Positions 29,559-38,568 are shown, numbered from the stretch's first letter. The stretch: 64,000 nucleotides of DNA from an uncultured Elusimicrobia bacterium (GCA_964508565.1 CAZDUB010000006.1:10647-74646), one strand, 5' to 3'. Notes: generated by a model not told the origin, from the sequence alone. Translations and numbers: made by a program.

Positions 29559-30356
29559 ATGGAAGTTAAAAAAAGGTTAGATAAAATACTAGTTGAAAAA
29601 AATTTGGCTGATTCTAGGGCTAAGGCTGCCAAAATAGTAAAAGATTTTGGAGTAAAAGTGGACAATGAAGTTGTGTATGACCCATCAAAATTAGTCAGCG
29701 AAGATACAAAGATAGAACTTGTTAAACCCTACGAATATGTGTCTGCCGGTGGTTACAAATTAGAAGGATTGCTTAATAAAAAAATAATAGATGTTAAAGA
29801 TAAAATTTGTTTTGATATAGGTTCTTCAACTGGTGGTTTTGTTGATTGCCTTTTAAGATTTGGTGCAAAAAAAGTTTATTGTTGTGATGTAGGGAAAGAC
29901 CTTTTACATGAAAAGTTGAGAAACAATCCAAAAGTAGTCTTGTTTGAAGGAGTTAACTTTAGATATTTCGTAGAATTAGGATATAAAGAAAAAATAGAAG
30001 ATAAAATAGATATATTTACAGCAGATGTGTCATTCATATCTTTGACAAAAATTATTCCAGTTATATTAAAAATAGCACCATATAAACATATTTTAATTGC
30101 TCTTATCAAACCGCAGTTTGAATGTGAGCCCAAATATGTAAAAAAAGGTATAGTTAGAGAGGAAAAATATCGCCTTCAAGCAGTAGAAAAAATTGTCAAT
30201 TTTTGTAAACAGCTTGGATATAAAAAAAATACTGTAGAAGAATCATTAGTTAAAGGTAAAGAAGGAAATATTGAGTATTTTGGTGTGTTTGAATTTGTAA
30301 GTGAATGTGTTCATTGTTCTAATTTAAAAAGAACCACAAAGTACGCAAAGGCGTAG
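29559..30356 (+). CDS. tlyA: TlyA-family rRNA methyltransferase
   Basis: KRLDKILV (S4 domain), YVSAGGYKL, DIGSSTGGF, DVSFISL, LIKPQFE, GKEGNIEY. Confidence 0.93.
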   Translation: MEVKKRLDKILVEKNLADSRAKAAKIVKDFGVKVDNEVVYDPSKLVSEDTKIELVKPYEYVSAGGYKLEGLLNKKIIDVKDKICFDIGSSTGGFVDCLLRFGAKKVYCCDVGKDLLHEKLRNNPKVVLFEGVNFRYFVELGYKEKIEDKIDIFTADVSFISLTKIIPVILKIAPYKHILIALIKPQFECEPKYVKKGIVREEKYRLQAVEKIVNFCKQLGYKKNTVEESLVKGKEGNIEYFGVFEFVSECVHCSNLKRTTKYAKA

Positions 30357-30675
30357 AAGATTTATGAGAGTAAAAACAAATAGATGTATGAATAAATTTG
30401 TAAAGGCCTTATTTAATATAAGTCCACCTGACTTCTTCTGTGCTCCCTTTGTCTTTTATTTTTTCTCTGTTGTAAAATTAATGAAGTATACCACAAAGGA
30501 CATAAAGACCCAGAGAATTTATGAAAGACAAGAAAGTAAAATCTGTGAATGAGTTTGTTAATGATTCTCTCTACACATTTATTCAACAAATTTTAAGATT
30601 CTCTGTGTTCTTTGTGTCTCTTATATTCTCTGTGGTGAAAAATAACAAACCACAGAGAGTACGAAGACAAAGAGG
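30332..30675. repeat. Two tandem ~158-nt hairpin units with 9-mer arms, plus a third left arm
   Basis: Left arms start at 30332, 30490 and 30648 (ACCACAAAG-GACATAAAG-ACCCAGAGA type). Right arms at ~30432-30473 and 30598-30637 (CTCTGTGTTCTTTGTGTC...CTCTGTGGT). Confidence 0.82.
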
Positions 30676-30679
30676 TTTT

Positions 30680-30759
30680 GTTAGGGTCAGCATATTACTG
30701 AACCTTAACCTTCTATACCCTACACCATTTTATAAATTGTAGGGTTCTGATTTATCAGA
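30680..30759. repeat. Three abutting short hairpins
   Basis: GTTAGGGTCAG/CTGAACCTTAAC with AACCTT x2; perfect ACCCTACA/TGTAGGGT (30717-30745); TCTGA/TCAGA (30746-30759). Confidence 0.75.
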
Positions 30760-30762
30760 CAT

Positions 30763-30874
30763 AGTGAGCAGTTGGTAGCTAGGAGTTGGTAGTAAGTAGT
30801 GATTGGTAGGTAGTGAGGTAAGATATTAACATACTCTGAACTTCCTGCTCCAGATTCCGAACTACAAACTAACT
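30763..30874. repeat. Facing degenerate heptamer tracts
   Basis: Eight AG/GG-initiated 7-mers at 30763-30818 (AGTGAGC AGTTGGT AGCTAGG AGTTGGT AGTAAGT AGTGATT GGTAGGT AGTGAGG). Six ACT-type 7-mers at 30833-30874 (ACTCTGA ACTTCCT GCTCCAG ATTCCGA ACTACAA ACTAACT). Confidence 0.85.
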
Positions 30875-31038
30875 TCCCCTCTATTAAGAGGGAATTAAGG
30901 GGTGTATTACACGAGTTTATTGAGTTTGTTGAATTTATTAAGTTTTCTAGTATAGTGCTAAATCCTAAACCTTTTTGAAAACAGACAACGATAAAACCAA
31001 ACGACCAGATAATCAAACAACTAAACAATCACATAACT
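30875..31038. repeat. GC hairpin, 9-mer tract and 8-mer tract
   Basis: CCCTCT-ATTA-AGAGGG then AATTAAGGGGTGT; GAGTTTATT GAGTTTGTT GAATTTATT AAGTTTTCT (30913-30948); seven octamers AGACAACG ATAAAACC AAACGACC AGATAATC AAACAACT AAACAATC ACATAACT (30983-31038). Confidence 0.8.
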
Positions 31039-31050
31039 GATATTTTAATT

Positions 31051-32451
31051 ATGCAAAACTTATATCGCCAGATTTTTTTCACAACAACAAAATATGTGTT
31101 TTTAAGAAACTTTTTTATGGTAATTACTGGAATTGTAAGCATCTTCATTGTTCGTCTGTTGGGCCCTGAGGAATACGGTAAGTACGCATTAGTTTGGCAA
31201 CTTATAGGAACAATAGGGCCAATACTTTCTTTAGGTTGGCATGCAACTTTAGCAAAGTTTTTACCTGAAAAAGATGAACAAGAGAAAAAAATTTTATTTT
31301 CACAAAGTGTGTTAAGTGTAGCAGTTTTATGTTTGCTTTTCTTACTCATAGGATATATTATAATTCAATTTCTGCCGCAAATAATACCAGCAGAAATAAA
31401 GCAAATAAAAACCTTATTTCTTTTTTTTATATCTTTTGTTGCATTCTTTAATGTGTTTGAAGGTTTTTATAGGGGATTAGGAAAGTTTAACCAGTGGAGT
31501 ATTATTGATGGAATGAGGTCTAATTTGGGAAATTTGTTGGGACTAATTTTTCTAATTTTAGGTTTTCGTATATACAAAAGCATAATATATAGCAATTTTG
31601 CTGTAGCTTTTATTTTTTTAGTTGTTGTTGCTTTTTCATTACGTAATTATTTCTTTTTCACCAAAAACAAAGTTGAGAAAGTAGTTTTAAAATTTGCTTT
31701 AACTATGTTTTTAGGCCAGATAGTTTATCTTTTTATGTCTAGTATAGATTCTGTGATGTTGCGTTCAATACTAAAAGATCCTTCAAAAGTTGGTATATAC
31801 AATGCAGGTATAAGAATTCCTAAAATTATTGAAACGATGTTTATTGCGGTTCTGTCCACACCATTTTTATATTATTTTTCATCACCTGGATTTGCTGAAC
31901 AAAGATTAAAAATACTGGAGTTTAGTAGTAGAATTTTATTTATTTTTTTTGGATTTGTATCATTACTGCTGTTCGTTTTCTCAAAATATATAATATTTAT
32001 TCTATTTGGTAACATCTACAGTGAGAGTATCATAACTTTACAACTTTCAAGTTTAGGTTTGTCGTTACTTGCGTATCTTATATTGTTTTCTGTTTATTTT
32101 ATGTCAATTAACAAGCCAGAAATAGGTACTTTCTTAGGTATAGCTTATTTTTTAATAGTTGGAATGTTGAATTTATTATTTATTCCGATGTTTAAATCGT
32201 ACGGTCCCGCAGTGAGTAATCTTATTGCTTTAGTTGTTTATTGTATTTTAATTTTAGTGATTGTAAAAAAATTAGAGTTTTTTAAAAAATTTTTGTTAGT
32301 TGGTTTATGTATATTTATATCTGTGATGTTTGGATATATTTTTAATCATTTATTATCTCCTGCTATATATCTTCTACTTATTATTTTGTTTAATGTAATC
32401 ACTTTTGAGGAGGGGAAAAAAGTATGGGAGATTATAATTCGCAAGGTTTGA
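31051..32451 (+). CDS. Oligosaccharide flippase (Wzx-like)
   Basis: VRLLGPEEYGKYAL, VGIYNAG, ILFGNIYSES, GPAVSN; 12-14 TM segments; heads a glycosyltransferase cluster. Confidence 0.9.
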   Translation: MQNLYRQIFFTTTKYVFLRNFFMVITGIVSIFIVRLLGPEEYGKYALVWQLIGTIGPILSLGWHATLAKFLPEKDEQEKKILFSQSVLSVAVLCLLFLLIGYIIIQFLPQIIPAEIKQIKTLFLFFISFVAFFNVFEGFYRGLGKFNQWSIIDGMRSNLGNLLGLIFLILGFRIYKSIIYSNFAVAFIFLVVVAFSLRNYFFFTKNKVEKVVLKFALTMFLGQIVYLFMSSIDSVMLRSILKDPSKVGIYNAGIRIPKIIETMFIAVLSTPFLYYFSSPGFAEQRLKILEFSSRILFIFFGFVSLLLFVFSKYIIFILFGNIYSESIITLQLSSLGLSLLAYLILFSVYFMSINKPEIGTFLGIAYFLIVGMLNLLFIPMFKSYGPAVSNLIALVVYCILILVIVKKLEFFKKFLLVGLCIFISVMFGYIFNHLLSPAIYLLLIILFNVITFEEGKKVWEIIIRKV

Positions 32452-33178
32452 ATAAAAACTTTGATTTACATGAAGTAGTATGGGATAAACAAAAAATTAA
32501 AAGGTTATGGGAGTGTTATGAGACGACAGATATTTTTAAAGATGAAAAATTTTGTCAAGCAGATTTTTATGTTAATTTTTTGAAAATATGTAGAAAATAT
32601 TTACCATCTAAAGGTAAAGTGTTGGTTGTGGAGTTGGACGGTTAGTTACATCACTTTATGATTACGGATACGAAGTTTATGCAACAGCTATTTCTGAAAA
32701 GACGGTAAATATGTTAAAGCAAGTATTTTCTGATAAAAATATAATTATAAAACAAGGTGAGATATCCAGAATACCTTTTGAAGATAATTATTTTGATTGC
32801 GTTTTTATAACTGAGGTTTTGGAACACTTAACTTATGATGATCTTTACAGTGGACTACAAGAAATAAGGCGTGTTCTAAAACCTTATGGTAAGTTTGTCA
32901 TCACTGTTCCTTATAAAGAACAATTGCAAAAGATAATCTGTCCTGACTGTAGTGCAATATTTGTCCCATCTCAACATATGAGAAGTTTTGATGAAAATTC
33001 AATGATTTTATTGTTATCACAAGCTGGATTCAGAATAAAATTTTGTAAACTTATGCCTAAAATTCCGTTAACAGGTAATCTCTTTAAAGACCTTGTTAAA
33101 AAAATTTTAGCAAAACTTAATAAAGTAGCAATGCAATTTATGTACGGGAGTATTTTTGTCACTATCGCTGAAAAATAA
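32424..33178 (+). pseudogene. Frameshifted class I SAM-dependent methyltransferase
   Basis: Frame 1 ends ...KGKVL. From 32624 another frame reads GCGVGRLVTSLYDYGYEVYATAISEKTVNM, continuous with track ORF 32711..33178 (FDCVFITEVLEHL). The motif I Asp is missing. Confidence 0.85.
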
Positions 33179-34106
33179 TGAATATTCTTTTAGTTTATCT
33201 CAAACGTAAATGGTCAACTGCCGAATATTTTGAGGAAGCATTTAGAAAATTTGCTGATGTTGATGTTTTTAATTTTGCAGAAACGCCATATTGGAGTGAT
33301 TTTAGGTTTAAATTACCATTTTATATTCCCAAAGGAATTCCTGTATCAGTTAAAAGCGTAATAGAAAAGTTTGATAAAAAATTTGATTTAATTATAGAAA
33401 TAGCAACTGCTGGACAGCACCATCTTGTAGGATATAAGAAGGTCCACAAATTATTTCCTGAAATAAAGAGAATATTTATAGCTTGTGATGTTTACCGTTT
33501 TGACCAGAGAAAATTTATGTTGTGGATAAAAAACGATTTTGATTATATATTTTCTACTCAAAAAATTTTGTGAACATATTTAAACCGGTGCACTCATATT
33601 GGTTGACATATGCTTGTGACACGAAAATACATAAGAAATTTGATTTATCAAAAATTTATGATATTGTTTTTGTTGGCAATATTGACCCGGGTGTTTATCC
33701 TGAACGAGTAAGATTGCTTGAACTTATTGGCAAAAAATTCAACTTGAAAGTCTTTACAAATGTCTATGGTGAAGAAATGGCGAAAATTTATTCTCAAGCA
33801 AAGAGTGTGTTTAATAAATCAGCTGCTGGAGAGATAAATATGCGAATATTTGAAGCAATGTCATGTGGAAGCTTACTTATTACTGATAGGTTAAAGCCAG
33901 AAACAGGACTTGAAGAAATTTTTCAGGACAAAAAACATCTGGTGTTTTATGATAACGAAAATGATTTATTACAAAAAATTGATTATTATTTAACTCACGA
34001 ATCTGAACGAGAAGAGATAGCTTTAGGAGGGTATAAAGAAGTTTTAGAAAAACATACCTATGAACATAGAGTAAAACAATTGTTGGGAATAATTTTGGGT
34101 GATTAA
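33178..34106 (+). pseudogene. Frameshifted glycosyltransferase (CgeB/Glyco_trans_1_2-like)
   Basis: Track ORFs 33178..33573 and 33570..34106 join if one A is added to the A6 run at 33560-33565 (STQK-NFVNIF). The C-terminal half has YDIVFVGN, NMRIFEAMSCGSLLITD, HTYEHRV. Confidence 0.8.
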
Positions 34107-34109
34107 CAT

Positions 34110-34160
34110 TTGAAATCAGAAGTTAAGTTAGATATAATAAATTAACAAAAATACTAACTT
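34110..34160 (+). promoter_or_regulatory. Probable sigma70 promoter and inverted-repeat operator of the abiE operon
   Basis: TTGAAA (34110-34115), 17-nt spacer, TATAAT-type -10 box at 34133-34138. AAGTTAG (34125-34131) and CTAACTT (34154-34160) form an inverted repeat straddling the -10. Confidence 0.55.
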
Positions 34161-34183
34161 TTTATATTTTTTAGCAATGACCT

Positions 34184-34768
34184 ATGAGGTTACCTATTTT
34201 AATCGAGAACGACAGGCTTTTATTCACTTTAAGTGATATCTGCCAAATATTAAGAATAAAACCTTCATCTGTTAAGGTTTTATTATCAAGGTATGTAAAA
34301 AATGGGTATTTAATAAGAATTAAAAGAAATTTGTATATACTTAAAAACAAAATAGGAAATTTGTCAAACGAGGAGAAGTTTATTATAGCAAATATGGTTT
34401 AGGCGCCTTCATATATTTCATTTACAACCGCTTTTTCATACTATGGTATATCAACACAGCTACAGCAAAATTTTATAGAATCAGCAGCAGTATGTAGAAC
34501 AAAAATTATGGGAAACGAATATTTTACTTTCAGATATTTTAAATTGGACAGAAAGTATTATTTTGGATTTATAAGAAAAAACAATTTTTTTATAGCAACT
34601 CCTGAAAAAGCAATTTTAGATAGTTTATATCTTATAGTGTTAGGTAAATATAAACTTGATGCATCAGCAATTGATTGGAGCAAAATTAGTAAGATAAAGC
34701 TTACGAAAATTTTGAAGAAATTTCCTGAAAAAATTAGTAAACTAATTCTAAGTTTATGTAAGATTTAA
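34184..34768 (+). pseudogene. AbiEi-family antitoxin (type IV TA) with one in-frame TAG
   Basis: wHTH-like N-terminus (FTLSDICQIL...LSRYVKNGYLIRIKRNLY). TAG at 34400-34402, then in-frame APSYISFTTAFSYYGI...IATPEKAILDSLYL. Confidence 0.85.
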
Positions 34769-35420
34769 TTAAACAAGAAATTTTTGAGCTAGAAGTTTTG
34801 CAATATCTAAAAAACAAGAAATTTTGGATAATCTAGTATTTAATTGATGGAACAATGTTAAGGTTGTGTTATGATTTGCCAAGATATTCTGTCGATTTAG
34901 ATTTTTGGTTAAAAAGAAGATAAATATAAATAATTTTTATACTCAGAGCATAAACACTTTGCAGGAACGATATTATTTTAACTAATAAACAAAACAAGTT
35001 TTTTACACTACTATTTGAGATAAAATCAAAAGATTATCCAAGAAAATTAAAAATTGAGATAAGAAAAAAATAGTAAGATATGAATTTAAACCCAAGATAG
35101 CATTTTCTAAACACTCAACTACTCAAGTTTTATTAAATTGTTTAAATTTAGACCAAACTATGAAGAACAAAATCCTTACTTTTATTGAAAGAAAAGAAAT
35201 AAGAGATTGTTTTGATATAGAATTTTTGTTAAAAAAAGGTATGGAACTTAAAACTTCAAAGTCAAATCTGAGAAAAATGAAAAATATACTTCTAAAGTTT
35301 AAACCTGTAGATTACAAAGTTACATTAGGTTCTATTTTAGAACCAGAGTTAAGAAAATATTACGAAAAAAATAACTTTGAATTTTTAATCACAAAAATTA
35401 ATGAGTTGTTGAAAGAATAA
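34756..35420 (+). pseudogene. AbiEii-family nucleotidyltransferase toxin, multiply disrupted
   Basis: ATG-TAA at codons 1-2. Fragments in shifting frames: DLIKQEIFELEVL, LDNLVF, DGTMLRLCYDLPRYSVDLDFW, LKIEIRK, KNKILTFIERKEIRDCFDIEF. Confidence 0.85.
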
Positions 35421-35421
35421 A

Positions 35422-36147
35422 ATGAAATATTACAGAGAAAACTATGATATTGACAAAATCTGTCCTTTGTGGGCAGATTATCAGGTTGTGCAAATGATAA
35501 AACCATCTTCAATTATTTTAGAGATAGGTTGTGCAACTGGCTATATTGGAAAGTTTTTGAAAGAAAAAAGAAATTGTAAAATGTATGGTATTGAAATTGA
35601 CAAAGAAGCAGCGAAATTGGCACAGCCATATTATAAAAAAATCATTGTTGGCGATGTTGAAGATGAAAATACTTTATCAACTCTTAACTACGAACTTCCT
35701 ATCATGAACTATTTTGACTATATTTTATGTATGAATGTTTTAGAACATCTTAAAGATCCTAAAAATGTTTTGAAAAATATAAGAAAGTATTTAAAGTCAG
35801 ATGGATATTTAATAATCTGTGTTCCGAATGTCGCACATTGGGCAGTAAGGTTAAGATTGTTATTTGGAGACTTTGGAGATGATAGAAAGATATTTGGTGA
35901 ACATGGTATTGCGGTACTTGATGAAACGCATTTAAGGTTTTTTACATTGAAAAAAATTAAACAATTAATTATAGAGTCTGGATATGACATACTAAGGTTA
36001 ACAATAGATCCTGATAAAGGTATTCCAAAAATACATGGCTTAGTATTAAGAATCCCTAATGGTTGGAAAATACTCAAAGCATTTTATTCTATTTGGCCAA
36101 CACTTTTTGCAGGGCAGTTTGTAATATTAACTAAACCAAGATTTTGA
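35422..36147 (+). CDS. Class I SAM-dependent methyltransferase (sugar O-methyltransferase-like) containing an in-frame heptamer tract
   Basis: ILEIGCATGYIG, FDYILCMNVLEHLKDP, PNVAHW, HLRFFT. Confidence 0.88.
   Translation: MKYYRENYDIDKICPLWADYQVVQMIKPSSIILEIGCATGYIGKFLKEKRNCKMYGIEIDKEAAKLAQPYYKKIIVGDVEDENTLSTLNYELPIMNYFDYILCMNVLEHLKDPKNVLKNIRKYLKSDGYLIICVPNVAHWAVRLRLLFGDFGDDRKIFGEHGIAVLDETHLRFFTLKKIKQLIIESGYDILRLTIDPDKGIPKIHGLVLRIPNGWKILKAFYSIWPTLFAGQFVILTKPRF
35673..35714 (+). repeat. Six degenerate heptamers inside the methyltransferase CDS
   Basis: TTTATCA ACTCTTA ACTACGA ACTTCCT ATCATGA ACTATTT, encoding about LSTLNYELPIMNY. ACTTCCT is identical to 30840-30846. Confidence 0.7.
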
Positions 36148-36166
36148 ATAATTATCTGATTTATAT

Positions 36167-37303
36167 ATGAGCTTGAAAATAGATATTATAACTCCATTTT
36201 TTTATCCAATGGTTGGAGGTGCTGAGACTTATGTTTATGAGTTGTCTACACGATTAGCAAAATGTGGTTATGATGTTACTGTTCATACTTCATTTTTTGT
36301 AAAAGAATCATTCAATTTATCTCAGTTTGAAGTTATTAATGGAGTTAAAGTTTATAGATATAAACCAATATGGAGAAATTATTATTATTACTGGCTTTGG
36401 GTACCAATGATTTCAAAAACAGATGTTTTGCATGTATGCGGTTATGGCCATCTGTGTTTTAGTTTAACAATTTTACGCTACAGTCGTAAATTTCCAATAA
36501 TTTCTACACCAATTGGTGTATCTGCACCTATTGAAGGTCCAAAATCTAGGTTATTAAGAAGACTTTATGATTCTATAATTGGTATAAAACATCTCTCAAT
36601 ATGTAAAAAAATCATAGTTTTAGCAGAAGAAGAAAAACAATGGTGTATAACAAGAGGAATTAAAGAGGATAAAATAATCAAAATTCCAGTAGGAATACCA
36701 GAAGAAGCCTTCTTAATTTATGATCCATCTTTAACAAAACAACTTTATAATTTGGAGAAATATATATTATATGTAGGCCGTATTCATAAAGATAAAGGTG
36801 TAGTTGAATTAGTAAAAGCATTTTCATTAGTTAATGTTGAAGTGTCAGATTTAAAATTAGTATTTGTAGGGCCAGATGACGGTTACAGGGATGAAGTTCA
36901 AAAAGTAGCTACACAGTTAAATATACAAGATAAAATTGTATGGGTTGGGAAGGTGACTCAAGAGGAGAAGTATTTATTGATTTCTAATTGTAAAATTTTG
37001 GTTTTACCAAGCAAATATGAACTTCAGGGAATAGTTTTGGTTGAAGCAATGGCGCAAGGAAAACCAGTAGTTGCTACTAATGTAGGTGGTGTTTCTGATT
37101 TTGTAAAAAACGGATGGAATGGGTTTTTGGTTAGGTATGGAGATGTAGAAAGTTTAGCTGATAAAATTAAGATTTTATTAAGCGACAGCAAAATATATGG
37201 GTATTTATCATACAATGCTAAAAAAACTGCGGAAGAATTTAAATGGGATAAAATTATTGATAGATACGAAAAAATTTATAGAGAGATAGCCACAATTAAA
37301 TGA
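36167..37303 (+). CDS. Glycosyltransferase family 4
   Basis: PMVGGAE, LYVGRI..DKG, LPSKYELQGIVLVEAMAQGKPVVATNVGG. Confidence 0.92.
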   Translation: MSLKIDIITPFFYPMVGGAETYVYELSTRLAKCGYDVTVHTSFFVKESFNLSQFEVINGVKVYRYKPIWRNYYYYWLWVPMISKTDVLHVCGYGHLCFSLTILRYSRKFPIISTPIGVSAPIEGPKSRLLRRLYDSIIGIKHLSICKKIIVLAEEEKQWCITRGIKEDKIIKIPVGIPEEAFLIYDPSLTKQLYNLEKYILYVGRIHKDKGVVELVKAFSLVNVEVSDLKLVFVGPDDGYRDEVQKVATQLNIQDKIVWVGKVTQEEKYLLISNCKILVLPSKYELQGIVLVEAMAQGKPVVATNVGGVSDFVKNGWNGFLVRYGDVESLADKIKILLSDSKIYGYLSYNAKKTAEEFKWDKIIDRYEKIYREIATIK

Positions 37304-38523
37304 AAATAGCATTTAACGCAATAAGAGTATCAAATAAAGCGGGTTCTGGTTTTGATACTTTTATAATTAATTTTATTAATACTTTTGCAAAATATATCTA
37401 CTCTGAATTCCAAACTCCTAACTCTGAATTATATTTCGATGTTTATACTTTATATCCATACCACTTCCCAGAAGTTAAAAAAGAAGACATAAAACATATA
37501 AAAATTCCTTTTTTAAGTTGGAGGCGTAATACTAAGTCTCAAAGGACATCAAATAGTATTGGTAACAAACAACAAACTAAAAAGATTTTTTCTTTCCTGA
37601 CTCCTATCTACTACCTCCTATCTACTATCTACTGCCTTTTCGGTGATTACTTTCGTATGTTTTGGACACAATTTATTTTCCCATTTTATGCTTTAAGATA
37701 CGACTTGGTAATTTCATTAACTGAATATGAAGCATCTGTTTTTTTCTCTAAACGGCAAATAATAATTATGCATAGTGTTGTTTTGTTTTTGTTTAGAAAT
37801 TTCCCTAAAAAATATAAGTTATATGTCTCATTTTTACTACCAGAAATATTAAAAAAATGTAGGAAAATAATAGTTGTATCAGAAACCTTGAAGTCGCAAC
37901 TACAACAGATTTTTAGTATTCCTGAAGATAAAATATTTGTTTTATATGAAGGAGTAGATACACAAAAGTTCAGACCTGCTTCAAAAGAAGAGATATTGGA
38001 GTTTAAAAAAGAATTAAACTTGCCCAACAGATATGTTCTTATGGTTGGACATAGTCATCCAGTAAAAAACTTTAGTCGGATACTGGAAAGTTTTAAGTAT
38101 GTGAAAGAAAAAATACATTGTGAACTTGTAATTGCTGGATATATAGGAAAAAATTTAAAGCTACCTTTGTATGTTAGGTATGTTGGTCATGTGACAAATG
38201 AAAAACTATATTTATTATACTCAGCTGCAGAGTGTTTTGTTTTTGCTTCACTTTATGAAGGTTTTGGTCTTCCACCACTTGAAGCAATGGCTTGTGGCTG
38301 TCCTGTAGTTGTTTCAAATAGTGGTTCATTACCAGAAGTATGCGGTGATGCTGCAATTTATGTTGATCCTTATAATCCAAAAGATATTGCGGAAGGAATT
38401 ATTAAAGTTTTATCTAACGAGACATTACGCCAAGAACTTATCAAAAGAGGTTTTAAACAAATAAAAAAATTTACTTGGGAAAAATCAGCTCAAAGATTTA
38501 TGGAGTTGTTGAAAAATATTTAA
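37300..38523 (+). CDS. Glycosyltransferase family 4 (MtfB/WbdA-like) containing in-frame heptamer tracts
   Basis: [47 protein letters not shown]. Confidence 0.92.
   Translation: MKIAFNAIRVSNKAGSGFDTFIINFINTFAKYIYSEFQTPNSELYFDVYTLYPYHFPEVKKEDIKHIKIPFLSWRRNTKSQRTSNSIGNKQQTKKIFSFLTPIYYLLSTIYCLFGDYFRMFWTQFIFPFYALRYDLVISLTEYEASVFFSKRQIIIMHSVVLFLFRNFPKKYKLYVSFLLPEILKKCRKIIVVSETLKSQLQQIFSIPEDKIFVLYEGVDTQKFRPASKEEILEFKKELNLPNRYVLMVGHSHPVKNFSRILESFKYVKEKIHCELVIAGYIGKNLKLPLYVRYVGHVTNEKLYLLYSAAECFVFASLYEGFGLPPLEAMACGCPVVVSNSGSLPEVCGDAAIYVDPYNPKDIAEGIIKVLSNETLRQELIKRGFKQIKKFTWEKSAQRFMELLKNI
37400..37634 (+). repeat. Three degenerate heptamer tracts inside the GT4 CDS
   Basis: ACTCTGA ATTCCAA ACTCCTA ACTCTGA (37400-37427); AACAAAC x2 (37564-37577); ACTCCTA TCTACTA CCTCCTA TCTACTA TCTACTG (37600-37634). 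Confidence 0.8.
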
Positions 38524-38568
38524 AAATAGTATAAAATATTAAAATAACAATTTTAGGAGGAAAAAACT

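Noticed and set aside
30332-30675. CRISPR array interpretation of the ~158-nt units
   Set aside because: Only 2-3 degenerate units, spacers are ~70-80 nt and related to each other, and no cas genes are in the window.
30720-31028. 102-aa minus-strand ORF (and 31029..31349)
   Set aside because: It is the antisense translation of repeat tracts (LPITTYYQLLATN pattern) and of the flippase; no RBS or domain.
30332-31038. Integron attC array driven by the XerC-like gene
   Set aside because: The hairpins lack clear RYYYAAC/GTTRRRY ends. The recombinase 29 kb away sits in the housekeeping dprA-topA-xerC context and shows no obvious IntI-specific insertion.
33571-33573. Selenocysteine recoding of the TGA in the split glycosyltransferase
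   Set aside because: The downstream half is in a different frame, so read-through would not join the halves.
34400-34402. Pyrrolysine or stop read-through of the TAG in abiEi
   Set aside because: TAG is a normal stop elsewhere in the window, and the partner gene has many independent lesions, so pseudogenisation is simpler.
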